In this document: in pieces, positions 17,348 to 26,831 of the stretch
Numbering within the stretch: the stretch's first letter is position 1
How the letters are laid out: each line of letters begins with the position of its first letter
Assembly (NCBI GenBank): GCA_030550235.1
Contig: JAUQPU010000003.1
Coordinates: 79,897-143,896, forward strand
Length of the DNA: 64,000 nucleotides
DNA from: Thermoproteota archaeon
GTDB lineage: Archaea; Thermoproteota; Nitrososphaeria_A; Caldarchaeales; Calditenuaceae
Direction: 5' to 3'
The notes under the pieces: model-generated
Seen by the model: the letters and a program-made list of their open reading frames with translations, nothing else
Databases searched by the model: none
Told to the model about the DNA's origin: nothing
Position numbers and translations under genes: made by a program

Positions 17348-18494
17348 TCTTCGACACCCTCGAGCCTCTGGCCGTCCTAATAATCGTAATAGATGTCAGA
17401 AGCGAGGCAAAACCTATCAGGACAACCAGTACAAGCTGAATCAGGTAGACGATGCTCTGGGAGGTCAGGTAGATGCCAAGCAGCCTCATAATTATCCATA
17501 GGAAGAAGAATATCAGCAGGGCCTGGACATGCCTCCAGAACCGCGGGTTCTTCAACATATAGTAGTAGAATATATTATAGGCTGTGTTGAGGAAGGCAGC
17601 GATCGCCACCAAGTCTATACTACTAACTATCAAAACGCCAATAAACGGCCCCATGTATGGAAGAACCTGTTCAAAAGTTAGCGGCCCCCCACTCAGAGCG
17701 GATTGGAGATAGTTTAAAGCGGCTTGAAAACCAGTTGTTAAAGCGACTATTATTAGGATCAGGCTAACAAGTGCTGTGAATATACGTAGTTGTATTAGGC
17801 CGGGTCTATTAGATATCTCAGTTATTCTCCGTATGAGGTTTACAAAGGCTGTGTCGACTCCGAAGCCCCGTACTAGGAGTGCAACCCCTATGAAGACGAG
17901 GAGAAGCGGTAGGCTGAGGAGGTTGAAAAAATAGAGCGTCCCTATCAGCATTAGTAGTATGCCGGGGACGCCGAGGATTATTCTGGAATAGGCTGCATCA
18001 TAGATCAGCATTCTGAGATATCTGAGGAGTAGTATCCAGCTTGTTTCTATCGTCTGGCTCTGCTTTACGATCACGCTCCTGAACGAGACCACTTTAAGGC
18101 GTGAGGTGATGATTGATGTAAGTGAGGGGGAGAGGGGGCCGTCCGAGACTACAATACACTCCTTAACTCCCAGTTTCTTGATAACATTCTCTATCTCTCT
18201 CGTAATCTTCAGGTCTGACTCAAGTCCATCATCATGTTTTCCCGTCACAGTAGCTATCTCGACACCGTTAGGCCACTTCTTCAACTCGTCATCAAGTATT
18301 TTGATGGCTGCGAACATTGCGTTGGCATCAGCGTCCTCAGGGTCGGACATGAGAAGCTTCATCGCCGCCTCCAAGTTGTTTTCCCGCCCTATGATGGGGG
18401 ACTGAACCCCGGCCTTAACTCCCACGTCGTCATCCTCGTCCACCACCAGTATCAGGAGCGGCCCCTCGGACTCCTCAGCCATACAACCCAACAA
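17340..18494 (-). CDS. DUF373-family archaeal membrane protein
   Basis: Soluble acidic N-terminal domain LLILVVDEDDDVGVK followed by about 7 TM helices. This architecture is typical of DUF373. Confidence 0.6.
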   Translation of the reverse strand: MLGCMAEESEGPLLILVVDEDDDVGVKAGVQSPIIGRENNLEAAMKLLMSDPEDADANAMFAAIKILDDELKKWPNGVEIATVTGKHDDGLESDLKITREIENVIKKLGVKECIVVSDGPLSPSLTSIITSRLKVVSFRSVIVKQSQTIETSWILLLRYLRMLIYDAAYSRIILGVPGILLMLIGTLYFFNLLSLPLLLVFIGVALLVRGFGVDTAFVNLIRRITEISNRPGLIQLRIFTALVSLILIIVALTTGFQAALNYLQSALSGGPLTFEQVLPYMGPFIGVLIVSSIDLVAIAAFLNTAYNIFYYYMLKNPRFWRHVQALLIFFFLWIIMRLLGIYLTSQSIVYLIQLVLVVLIGFASLLTSITIIRTARGSRVSKSD

Positions 18495-18741
18495 ATACTA
18501 TATACTATCTAAATTTAAGAATGGTTATGCCCGCGGGAGACATATTTAAACTTCAGAAGAGTCCTCTCATCCACGTCGCCCAAAACAACACGATATTGGC
18601 CATCCCCTACCGCCTCCTCTCGAAAAAGGCTTCCCATAGGTAGGAAAGTGACTGGAATGCGCGGCAAGGCTTAAGGAGGATGGGCTTTAGATCGATGGAC
18701 CTAGATTAAATATATATCCGGGCTGTCGGGCTGTCGGTCGC

Positions 18742-19083
18742 GTGACACGTCTATTCCGGATTGACGAGGATGTCTGGTCGAGTTCTTTAGGGAAGGTTTC
18801 AGTGCTGGTCAACGAGTCTATGAGTAGGCTTATGATGGCTGGAATAGTCGTCTTAAATCCTGGGCAGCGTCTCCCAGCTGAGGGCTACAGCCTCCATGAA
18901 TTAAGCGATGAGCTATCTTATGTCGTCGATGGGGAGGTTGTCTTCGGGACAGAATCTGGCGAAAGACTGTTAAGGGCTGGCGACCTCTTCTTCAATCCGA
19001 AAGGGACGCGACACTATGTGAGAAACGATGCCGATAAGCCCTGCAGGGTCATCTGGGTATTATCACCTCCTATCAAACTATAA
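18742..19083 (+). CDS. Cupin-domain protein
   Basis: 113 aa. Cupin motifs around HELSDELSYVVDGE and GTRHYVRN. Confidence 0.65.
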   Translation: MTRLFRIDEDVWSSSLGKVSVLVNESMSRLMMAGIVVLNPGQRLPAEGYSLHELSDELSYVVDGEVVFGTESGERLLRAGDLFFNPKGTRHYVRNDADKPCRVIWVLSPPIKL

Positions 19084-19156
19084 CGGCCCAGAGGGGCTGC
19101 CCCCTAAAAGATCATCAAGGGGCCACAGCGCCTTTAGAGCTCGAGCTCCCGCTCTT

Positions 19157-20053
19157 TTATTGGCTTGCTCCACCACTTGCCTGCCAGAGGGTCTCATCCT
19201 CTAGCAATATCTTCATCTCCTCGAACTCCAGCTTCTCTCCCCTCTCTAGCTTCGCAATAGCCTCCTTCTTCTTCTTGGCCTTGACCTCGCTGATTCTCCT
19301 CTTTAGAAGCTCCTCCCTCTTGCCCCTGAGTAGCTTGTAGAGGTCGTATATTCTCGATGTCGCTAATATCCGCTCGGCCTCAAGCCTATCTCTCTCCTCC
19401 CTAGCCTCGAGGTACTTGGAGTGGTTCCTATCCGCCTCCTCCTTTAAGCTGTCATAAACATTGTTGAGGGCTTCCATCTCCATCGATATCTGGCTCAGCC
19501 TGGACGAGACCTCCTCAAGCCTCTTCCTTTTCTCTTCAAGCTCCCTCTTAACCTCCTCCATCTGTGGTGAAAGCTCGTTCAGCGATAGATGTATCTTCAA
19601 GGCTTTTTCATAGTCTAGGAGCATCGCCTCTAGCTTGGAGGCCTCTTCGAAGAGTTTCTTCTCCTCCTCTCTACTGACTCTATGTGATGCGAGATAGAGG
19701 TCTATCTCGTCGAGCCTCCTTTTTATCCTGTTCACATCCATCGAGAGTTTCAGATTCTTCAGCTCACCCCTCAGCTGTCTCTTTTCTATAACGTAGTTCA
19801 GTAGTTTCTGTCTCAAGTCTCTTACCTCGCGCCTTAGGATCCTGTTCTCATCAACAAGCGTAGTCTTCTCCTCCTTAAGCGTCTTTACCTTCTCCTTTAT
19901 CTCCCTCATCCTCGCATGGACCTTGTCCCTCTCTGAGATGCTCTTCTCAATTCTGGCGTTTATCTCCTCAAGCTTTCTATCCAGCTCGTTAATCTTATCC
20001 TTCAGTTCTCCAATCTCCCTTGAGATTTCATCCTCTACACTCATGGACACCAC
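19157..20053 (-). CDS. Archaeal coiled-coil protein (COG1340-like)
   Basis: Nearly continuous heptad-rich E/K/R/L sequence. It directly abuts the GPN-loop GTPase gene with no spacer. Confidence 0.65.
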   Translation of the reverse strand: MVSMSVEDEISREIGELKDKINELDRKLEEINARIEKSISERDKVHARMREIKEKVKTLKEEKTTLVDENRILRREVRDLRQKLLNYVIEKRQLRGELKNLKLSMDVNRIKRRLDEIDLYLASHRVSREEEKKLFEEASKLEAMLLDYEKALKIHLSLNELSPQMEEVKRELEEKRKRLEEVSSRLSQISMEMEALNNVYDSLKEEADRNHSKYLEAREERDRLEAERILATSRIYDLYKLLRGKREELLKRRISEVKAKKKKEAIAKLERGEKLEFEEMKILLEDETLWQASGGASQ

Positions 20054-20815
20054 CTATCTGAGCTCATATTCTCCCTCACTGACAACTCTGGTGACAGCTG
20101 CATGGAGCTCCCCCATCCCTTCCAGTGTTTTAGAAGACACCGCGATGACTGGAAATGTTCTGCCAATGTCGTGCAAAATATGGACAATATCCCTTGTTAT
20201 AAGCATTTGCATGCCCTGGCTCCTAGACTCAATATCTACCTCAAGCGCCTCCTGCGAGGAGATCCATCTACGGATTCGTTTAAGTATTCTCTTCGGGGCT
20301 ATGTCGATTTTTGATATAGCGATGATTGACTGGAGGTTGAGGGAGAGATAGACTGAGGTGGCGAGGAATAGTGAGGAGGCGAATAGCCTTGTCGTGTGGC
20401 TTGCCACGGGGTCCATCAGGTATAGGAGGATGCTTGGAATACTTTTAAGCGCCTTAACAATAGCCCTTCCCTCCTTCCTGAAGGCGAACAGTTCTAGTTG
20501 CCCGGGAGTGTCAATAAGCACATAATCAACTGAGAGATCTGTGATCTCGGAGCAGAGCGTGTCAATCTCTCTAACCACCTCTCTCACCGAAGCTATAAGT
20601 GCGGCGTTGGGGCCCAAGTTATATGTAAACATCATGCGCTCGTAGTCGACGTATTCTCTGATATCTACTTCCGGCTCATATGGTAGAACTGCAGCGGCCG
20701 GGTCAAGATTCACTGTCGCGACGCTCTGCTCATTCTGTTTCAGCCACTCTGAGTATGCGGCGGTCAGCGAAGATTTACCAGACCCGGCTGTCCCGACGAG
20801 ATAGATTATCCGCAA
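20054..20815 (-). CDS. GPN-loop GTPase
   Basis: P-loop GTAGSGKSS, the GPN motif (YNLGPNAAL) and DTPGQLE. Confidence 0.85.
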   Translation of the reverse strand: MRIIYLVGTAGSGKSSLTAAYSEWLKQNEQSVATVNLDPAAAVLPYEPEVDIREYVDYERMMFTYNLGPNAALIASVREVVREIDTLCSEITDLSVDYVLIDTPGQLELFAFRKEGRAIVKALKSIPSILLYLMDPVASHTTRLFASSLFLATSVYLSLNLQSIIAISKIDIAPKRILKRIRRWISSQEALEVDIESRSQGMQMLITRDIVHILHDIGRTFPVIAVSSKTLEGMGELHAAVTRVVSEGEYELR

Positions 20816-20870
20816 ATTCTAATCAGGCTAGCACAGAGTATAATTTAACTCTGATTGAGGTCTTGCCTCG

Positions 20871-22433
20871 TCAGTAGGGCTCTATTGTGGCAGGGGGCTT
20901 CGAGGTTATTGCATAGGCCACCATCACAACACCCTCAACCTCATTTGTTATGCGCCTGGATATTCTGTCCATTAGCTCGGCCGGTATCGGGTACCAGTCT
21001 GCCGTCATCCCGTCCTCGCTTGTCACGGCCCTGATGACGACTATGTGGCCAACACTTCTAGCGTCACCCTTAACACCCACCCACCTAGAGTCGAGGACAA
21101 CCGCGAAGGCCTGCCAAACCGACCCGTAGAGCCCGGCTCTGCGGAACTCCTCTTCAACTATCGCATTTGCCTCCTGGCAGATTCTCAGCTTCTCTGCCGT
21201 CACTTCTCCCTCAATCCTGACCGCTAATCCTGGGCCCGGGAATGGATGCCTGTCTATGACGGAGGATGGTAGGCCCAATGCTCTCGCGATCTCCCTCACT
21301 TCGTCCTTGTAGAGGTCTTTGAGGGGCTCTATCAGCTTGAGGCCTAGCCTCTCAGGTAGGCCGGCAACGTTATGGTGGCTCTTGATCAGGCTTGTCAGGG
21401 CGCCTGTGGCCCCGCTCTCAACCCTATCCGGGTATATTGTCCCCTGTGCCAGATACTTCACACCGTCTATGTCTGCCGCTGTCCTCTCGAAGACTTCCAC
21501 GAATAGCCTCCCAATTATTCTCCTCTTCTCCTCAGAGTCTCTAACTCCTTTAAGGGCCGTCAGAAACTCTCTACTGGCGTCGACGAAGTGTATATTCTCT
21601 ATCTGGAGACGCCTCAGACTCTCTAGGACGAGCTCCCTCTCCCCTTTCCTGAGAAGTCCATGGTCTATGAATATTACATGAAGCCTGTCACCTATTGCCC
21701 TCTGAATTATCGCAGCGGTGGTCATAGAGTCCACGCCCCCACTCACTCCGCAGATAACCTTCTCATACTCCGCGACGGTCTCAGCGACGTTCCTCACCAT
21801 CTCGCCCAAAGTATCAAGTGGCCTCCAGTCGAATTTGCATCCGGCTACATTCTTGAGGAAGTTTCTGAGAATCTCTCGCCCCAGTGGCGTGTGCTTTACC
21901 TCGACATGGAATTGCACCGAGTATAGCCTCTTCTCCGGGTTCTCCATGGCGGCTATGAGGTTATCCTCAGAGACTGCTGTAACCTTGAACCCCTCCGGCG
22001 GCTCCAGCACCGCGTCGCCATGGCTCATCCAGGCCTCGATGCGTTTGGGAAGTGTTGAAAATAGTTTAGAGTCTCCAACAAGATTGACTGTCGTCCTTCC
22101 ATACTCTGCCTTAGAGCCCCGGACTACCCTGCCCCCACACTTCTCAGCGAGCAGCTGATGGCCATAGCATATGCCGAGTACTGGTATGTTGAGTTCGAGC
22201 AGCTCCCTGTTGGGATGTGGGGCACCATCTTCGTAGACGCTCCTAGGCCCGCCTGAAAATATCAGAGCCTTCACATTTCCATAGCGGCCTACCTCCTCGG
22301 GAGAAATATTGAAGGGGACTATCTCAGAATAGACTCCGGCCTCCCTGCACCTCCTGGCTATCAGGTGTGTGTATTGGCCTCCGAAGTCGAGTATAAGCAC
22401 CTTCTCCCGAGTTGTCCCGTCTCTGGTTGTCAA
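20871..22433 (-). CDS. guaA: GMP synthase (glutamine-hydrolysing), fused GATase + ATP-pyrophosphatase
   Basis: GATase ICYGHQ, PP-loop SGGVDS, and the C-terminal dimerisation domain ending PPATIEPY-type. Confidence 0.95.
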   Translation of the reverse strand: MTTRDGTTREKVLILDFGGQYTHLIARRCREAGVYSEIVPFNISPEEVGRYGNVKALIFSGGPRSVYEDGAPHPNRELLELNIPVLGICYGHQLLAEKCGGRVVRGSKAEYGRTTVNLVGDSKLFSTLPKRIEAWMSHGDAVLEPPEGFKVTAVSEDNLIAAMENPEKRLYSVQFHVEVKHTPLGREILRNFLKNVAGCKFDWRPLDTLGEMVRNVAETVAEYEKVICGVSGGVDSMTTAAIIQRAIGDRLHVIFIDHGLLRKGERELVLESLRRLQIENIHFVDASREFLTALKGVRDSEEKRRIIGRLFVEVFERTAADIDGVKYLAQGTIYPDRVESGATGALTSLIKSHHNVAGLPERLGLKLIEPLKDLYKDEVREIARALGLPSSVIDRHPFPGPGLAVRIEGEVTAEKLRICQEANAIVEEEFRRAGLYGSVWQAFAVVLDSRWVGVKGDARSVGHIVVIRAVTSEDGMTADWYPIPAELMDRISRRITNEVEGVVMVAYAITSKPPATIEPY

Positions 22434-22554
22434 TCCGCCACAATAATACCATCACCCTTCCTTAATAAAAATCATGAGAAGGAGAGAGTATGCCGGTGTG
22501 GCTGCCGCCTCACTGGGGTAGAAGGTGTAGGGAGCTTTTTTAATACTGGTTCAA

Positions 22555-23433
22555 GTGTCATGTGTTGAGAGCTCGTTGGGTGTGGAGGGGCTTAAGGCTG
22601 TTCTCCCCATAGCTGGCTTAGGGCTTAGGATGCTCCCGGCCACGAAGGAGCAGCCTAAGGAGATGCTCCCAGTCTTCGCCAAAAGTAGGAGTGGCGGCCT
22701 CTGTGTAAAGCCGATCGTTCAGCTTATCTTTGAGCAGCTCTTCGATGTGGGCATCCGCGAGTTCATACTGGTGGTGGGCAGGGAGAAGAGAGCTGTTGAG
22801 GACCACTTCACACCCGATCAGAGCTACCTCGAGCTGATTCGGAAGAGTAAAAACTCACTGCTCAGCGACTTCGAGGAATTCTATAGGAGAATTAGCGACT
22901 CCATCCTCGTCTGGGTTAACCAACCACAGCCGCTGGGTTTCGGCCACGCTGTTCTCATCTGCGAGAAGACCGTCGGAGACTCGCCCTTCCTCGTCCACGC
23001 AGGCGACACCTACATATTCAATGGGGGCCAAGCCATCGAGAAGATGTATAGGCACTTTGTGGAGACTGGGGCCGAGGCTGTCCTCCTGCTGCAGGAGGTT
23101 GAGGACCCGAGACAGTATGGTGTTGCAGAGGTCTCTGAAGTGGGTGGGGTTTTGAGGGTTAAGAGGGTTGATGAGAAGCCTGAGAAGCCCCGCTCAAACC
23201 TGATGATCGTCCCACTCTATATCTTTAGGAGGTCGATTTTTGAGACGCTTAAATCTGTGAGGTCTGGTGTTGGGGGTGAGCTCCAGCTGACCGACGGAAT
23301 ACAGAGGCTCATCGAATGGGGGCATAGGGTTGACGCGATCATGCTTGAGGATGGGTTGAAGATTGATGTGGGCACGCCCCAGCTATACTGGGAGGCCCTA
23401 CAGCTCTCATATAGACTCTCAACATCAAGCTGA
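22555..23433 (+). CDS. Sugar-1-phosphate nucleotidyltransferase (UTP-glucose-1-phosphate uridylyltransferase-like)
   Basis: KAVLPIAGLGLRMLPATKEQPKEMLPV signature. A TATA-like TTTTAATA at about 22537-22544 favours the internal GTG at 22582 as the true start. Confidence 0.85.
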   Translation: MSCVESSLGVEGLKAVLPIAGLGLRMLPATKEQPKEMLPVFAKSRSGGLCVKPIVQLIFEQLFDVGIREFILVVGREKRAVEDHFTPDQSYLELIRKSKNSLLSDFEEFYRRISDSILVWVNQPQPLGFGHAVLICEKTVGDSPFLVHAGDTYIFNGGQAIEKMYRHFVETGAEAVLLLQEVEDPRQYGVAEVSEVGGVLRVKRVDEKPEKPRSNLMIVPLYIFRRSIFETLKSVRSGVGGELQLTDGIQRLIEWGHRVDAIMLEDGLKIDVGTPQLYWEALQLSYRLSTSS

Positions 23434-23500
23434 GCCTCCGATTCTCCAAGCAAACCCTAAAACCAACTGGTGGTGAGGCGTATTGAGGGTGTGTCCATGC

Positions 23501-24856
23501 ATGTCTGGTGGCGGCTGGGTTAGGGGCGTAGGCATCATAGGCGCCGGATATGTCGGCCTAACACTGGGGGTATTCCTAGCCTCGAAGTATGTGAGGACAA
23601 TATGCGTCGAGAAGGATGAGGAGAAGGTTGGGAGAATAATGAAAGGGTTATCCCCGATACACGAGCAGGGCCTCCCAGAGCTTCTGCGACAAGTTGTCGA
23701 GGACGGAGTGCTGGAGGCTAGGACAGAGATTGGCGACATGTTTGAGGAGGTTGACGTTATCTTCATTACTGTTGGAACACCTACGGGGAGCGACGGCTCG
23801 CCAGACCTCTCCCAAGTAGAGGAGGCCTCGCGCCAGATAGGCAACGCCTTGGCCGCTAGCAAGACCGGCGCCCCCCTCATAGTTGTTAAGAGCACAGTCC
23901 CGCCGGGCACGACCTGGGGAATTGTGAGACCAATAATTGAGAAGACCTCTGATAGGGTTTGTGGTAAGGATTTCCATCTCTGCGTTAACCCCGAGTTCCT
24001 GCGGGAGGGTTCAGCACTCCAAGACACAATGAACCCCGACAGAATCGTCATAGGCACCAAGCATAGCTGGGCGGCTGAAAGTCTGAAAAAATTCTATGAA
24101 ACACTATACAACCCCAAGAAGATACCAATGCTGATAACATCCCCAACCAATGCTGAGCTCATAAAACTCGCAACCAACGCCTACCTAGCCCTGAAGATCA
24201 GCTTCATCAACCTAATCTCACAGATCTGCGAGGCCGTAGAGGATGGAGACGTAGGAGTGGTCGCGGAGGGTCTGGGGCTTGACCCTAGGATTGGCCCGCT
24301 CTTCCTGAGAGCGGGGCTGGGGTTTGGGGGGAGTTGCCTTCCAAAGGATCTCCGCGCTTTGAAATGGTTTGCGGCTGGTCTCGGAGTAGACGCCTCCCTC
24401 TTAGACTCTGTTCTCGCCATCAATGGAGCCCAGAGGATTCGGGTAGTTAAGAAGTCTGAGTCGCTGCTGGGCGGGTTGCGGGGGAGGAAGGTCGCAGTGC
24501 TGGGCTTGGCGTTTAAGCCAGGCACGGATGATGTGAGGGAGGCCGCAGCCATCGAGATTATCCGCGAGCTTCTAGCACGTGGGGCTGAGGTGAGGGTCCA
24601 CGACCCAGCCGCACTAGACAACGCGATGCGCGTCTTAGGCGGTGGCGTCACCTACTGCCAGAGAATACAGGACTGCCTAGATGGTGCAGACTTAGCCATA
24701 ATCTCCACCGAATGGCCGGAATACGCCCTGCTCGACCCATCCACAGTAATGTCCCTAATGCATAACCCAATAATCATTGACGGCAGAAGGATTCTTGACA
24801 ATAAGAGGTTTAGAGAGGCTGGTGTAAAGACCTACACCATCGGCCTATACCAGTAA
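23501..24856 (+). CDS. ugd: UDP-glucose 6-dehydrogenase
   Basis: GIIGAGYVGL Rossmann motif, catalytic GFGGSCLPKD, and a UDP-binding C-terminal domain. ATG 23501 was chosen within the longer track ORF. Confidence 0.9.
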   Translation: MSGGGWVRGVGIIGAGYVGLTLGVFLASKYVRTICVEKDEEKVGRIMKGLSPIHEQGLPELLRQVVEDGVLEARTEIGDMFEEVDVIFITVGTPTGSDGSPDLSQVEEASRQIGNALAASKTGAPLIVVKSTVPPGTTWGIVRPIIEKTSDRVCGKDFHLCVNPEFLREGSALQDTMNPDRIVIGTKHSWAAESLKKFYETLYNPKKIPMLITSPTNAELIKLATNAYLALKISFINLISQICEAVEDGDVGVVAEGLGLDPRIGPLFLRAGLGFGGSCLPKDLRALKWFAAGLGVDASLLDSVLAINGAQRIRVVKKSESLLGGLRGRKVAVLGLAFKPGTDDVREAAAIEIIRELLARGAEVRVHDPAALDNAMRVLGGGVTYCQRIQDCLDGADLAIISTEWPEYALLDPSTVMSLMHNPIIIDGRRILDNKRFREAGVKTYTIGLYQ

Positions 24857-24921
24857 TCGGCTTAGTGGCTTGGCCTAGGGTAATGGTTATTTGCAGCAAC
24901 ATAATATGCGAGACTGAGGCC

Positions 24922-24994
24922 GGGGCCGTGGTCTAGCGGCTATGACGCCGCCCTCACACGGCGGAGGTCGTGGGTTCGAATCCCACCGGCCCCA
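24922..24994 (+). tRNA. tRNA-Val (anticodon CAC), no intron, CCA not encoded
   Basis: Hand-folded cloverleaf. The acceptor is GGGGCCG/CGGCCCC, the anticodon arm is CCGCC-CTCACAC-GGCGG and the T-arm is GTGGGTTCGAATCCCAC. Confidence 0.9.
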
Positions 24995-25052
24995 CACCCA
25001 TGGTCTCTCTTGAAAACGCTTAAGAACCTGTAGTGTGTTATAGTAATCGAAA

Positions 25053-25823
25053 ATGACTTCTCCTGAGATTGATTCTGTGAGAGCTTTGATAGGCTTAAAG
25101 CCTGAGGAGGCCTTTGAGGGATGTAAAACGTTATTATCGATACAGCCCCATCCAGACGATACTGATATAGGTGCGGGTGGCCTGGTCGCTAGGCTATCTT
25201 CACAGGGCTGCAGGGTCATATACGTGACTACTACTGATGGCGGCGGGGGGACCACCGACCCCTCGATATCCTGGGAGGAGCTTTCACGTATCCGTAAAGG
25301 TGAGCAGCAAGCGGCGGCTAAGATCTTAGGGGTCTCTGAGCTCATCTGGCTGGAATATAGGGACTCGGAGCTTAGACCTTCGCTGGAGCTGAGGAACAGG
25401 CTGATAACCTTGATAAGACGCTACAGGCCCGACGTCGTTCTGACCGTCGACCCTTGGCTGCCCTACGAGGCCCACCCAGACCACATAGCTACGGGCCTAG
25501 CAGCTAGCGAGGCTTTCTTCTTCAGCAACCTCACAAACATAAACCGCGAGGACCTAGAAAAGGGCCTCCAGCCCTACACGCCTAAATACATCGCCTACTA
25601 CTGGAGCAAGAATCCCAATCTATACATAGACATCTCAGACCTGATAGATGTTAAAAAGAGGGCAATGTCGGCCCACAAGTCCCAATTCACACCAGAGGCA
25701 ATTGAGCTCCTCGTCAAGTATGACGAGATGCTTGGCAGCAGGGCTGGCTACAGATATGCTGAGGCCTTCAAAATACTCAACCAACTGGCCCTCCACATCA
25801 ACGTCGCAGCAGAGATGCTCTGA
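25053..25823 (+). CDS. PIG-L/LmbE-family N-acetylglucosaminyl deacetylase
   Basis: Metal-binding motif QPHPDDTDIGAGG, and downstream HPDH. Confidence 0.85.
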   Translation: MTSPEIDSVRALIGLKPEEAFEGCKTLLSIQPHPDDTDIGAGGLVARLSSQGCRVIYVTTTDGGGGTTDPSISWEELSRIRKGEQQAAAKILGVSELIWLEYRDSELRPSLELRNRLITLIRRYRPDVVLTVDPWLPYEAHPDHIATGLAASEAFFFSNLTNINREDLEKGLQPYTPKYIAYYWSKNPNLYIDISDLIDVKKRAMSAHKSQFTPEAIELLVKYDEMLGSRAGYRYAEAFKILNQLALHINVAAEML

Positions 25824-25854
25824 AGCCACGAGCTAGCCCTCAGCCATAATGAAG

Positions 25855-25868
25855 GTTTTTATTTAAGT
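25855..25868 (+). promoter_or_regulatory. TATA-like box (GTTTTTATTTAAGT) for the Alba gene
   Basis: Its position implies a transcription start downstream of ATG 25875. This supports ATG 25911 as the Alba start. Confidence 0.4.
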
Positions 25869-25910
25869 AAGTGGATGAGTCATCTGCAAAAACCAGAGGG
25901 AGTGAGAAGA

Positions 25911-26183
25911 ATGTCCGCGAATGAGGTAACAGTACTGATTGGCAAGAAGCCGGCGATGAGCTATGTCTTGGCTTGTCTGATATCGCTGCAGCAGGGACAG
26001 AATGTGACGCTGAAGGCTAGGGGCCGGTCTATAAGCAGGGCCGTCGATGTCGTCCAGATACTGAAGAACAGGTTCTACAAGGACCTGAAGGTTCAGGAGA
26101 TAAAGCTGGGTACGGAGATGCTGAAGGGGCAGGACAACAGGGACGTGAACGTAAGCACAATCGAGATAAAGATAGGCTCCTAA
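25911..26183 (+). CDS. albA: Alba chromatin/RNA-binding protein
   Basis: NEVTVLIGKKPAMSYVLACL...ARGRSISRAVDVVQILKNRF is the canonical Alba core. Confidence 0.9.
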   Translation: MSANEVTVLIGKKPAMSYVLACLISLQQGQNVTLKARGRSISRAVDVVQILKNRFYKDLKVQEIKLGTEMLKGQDNRDVNVSTIEIKIGS

Positions 26184-26246
26184 AAGCCCGGCCAGCATTA
26201 GAGAAGGTTAAAACGAATGAGGCTGAGGATAGACTTGGAGGCGGTG

Positions 26247-26748
26247 ATGGCTGAAGATACCCGTATGCGAGTTCGACCTACGGAGCGGAGCTCTTTGTCC
26301 GAGTTGTCAGAGGAAATTAGAGAGAGGAGAGGTTACGCGGCTGGACATCGAGGTTTTAACAGCGCTTATCGACCTGAATTACCCATTCCTAGCTAAGGCC
26401 GAGTACGCCGGCTCGATACGTCAAAAGAACAAGATTTTTGTGTTCCTCCGGAACGTAGAGGCAACCATCCAGGATTTCATGGAGCTTTCACTGCAGCTTT
26501 CGCGGAGGTTGAGGACGCTTGTCAGAGTGTTGAGGGATTACCGCTCATTCAACAGCTTCCTAGCTGAGCTATTGGCCCCTGCGAAAATCCTCTCGATTAG
26601 CGTTGTCTGGCTTCCGGATGGGACTGAGGAGACTCTAGTCACTGTGGATGATACCTCTAGGCTCCAGCTCCAAGTGGATGAGATTGTAGAGCTGGTCAGG
26701 GATTTCAAGGGGAAGAATATACGGGTCGAGAAAGCGTCACGGCGCTAG
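26247..26748 (+). CDS. NusA-like KH-domain protein with N-terminal Zn-ribbon; reading frame displaced by 1 nt right after the ATG
   Basis: The frame open from 26248 reads (W)LKIPVCEFDLRSGALCPSCQRKLERGEVTRLDIEVLTALIDL..., continuous with the track ORF 26440..26748. The only SD-preceded ATG (26247) is in the adjacent frame. Confidence 0.55.
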
Positions 26749-26831
26749 CCCACAACACCTTGATTTCTTTATGATCCACTGGGTTATCACTTAAATATCT
26801 GGGGGCTAGCTTTTCCCCGGTATCAGGTAAT

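Noticed and set aside
23425-24060. 211-aa minus-strand ORF, plus similar long antisense ORFs at 1176..1640, 10911..11414, 24181..24651, 40929..41501, 45692..46216, 58112..58708 and 59674..60186.
   Set aside because: Each lies entirely inside, and antisense to, a gene with unmistakable family motifs (ugd, Taw2, PhoU-like, tldD, P-type ATPase, enolase, cydA). Their translations are low-complexity Ser/Pro/Ala/Arg-rich strings typical of shadow ORFs in GC-biased coding DNA.
24966-24990. A 25-nt segment (AGGTCGTGGGTTCGAATCCCACCGG) identical between tRNA-Val and tRNA-Ile (62500..62524). I considered it as possible att-type direct repeats bracketing an integrated element.
   Set aside because: The shared segment is just the variable-loop/T-arm/acceptor start, which is highly conserved among GC-rich thermophile tRNAs. 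The 37 kb between the two tRNAs is full of housekeeping genes and contains no integrase or viral/plasmid genes.
24887-25345. 152-aa minus-strand ORF covering tRNA-Val, and the analogous 84-aa ORF at 62275..62529 covering tRNA-Ile.
   Set aside because: Both overlap well-folded tRNA genes on the opposite strand and have no protein-like features. They are artefacts of stop-free GC-rich tRNA sequence.
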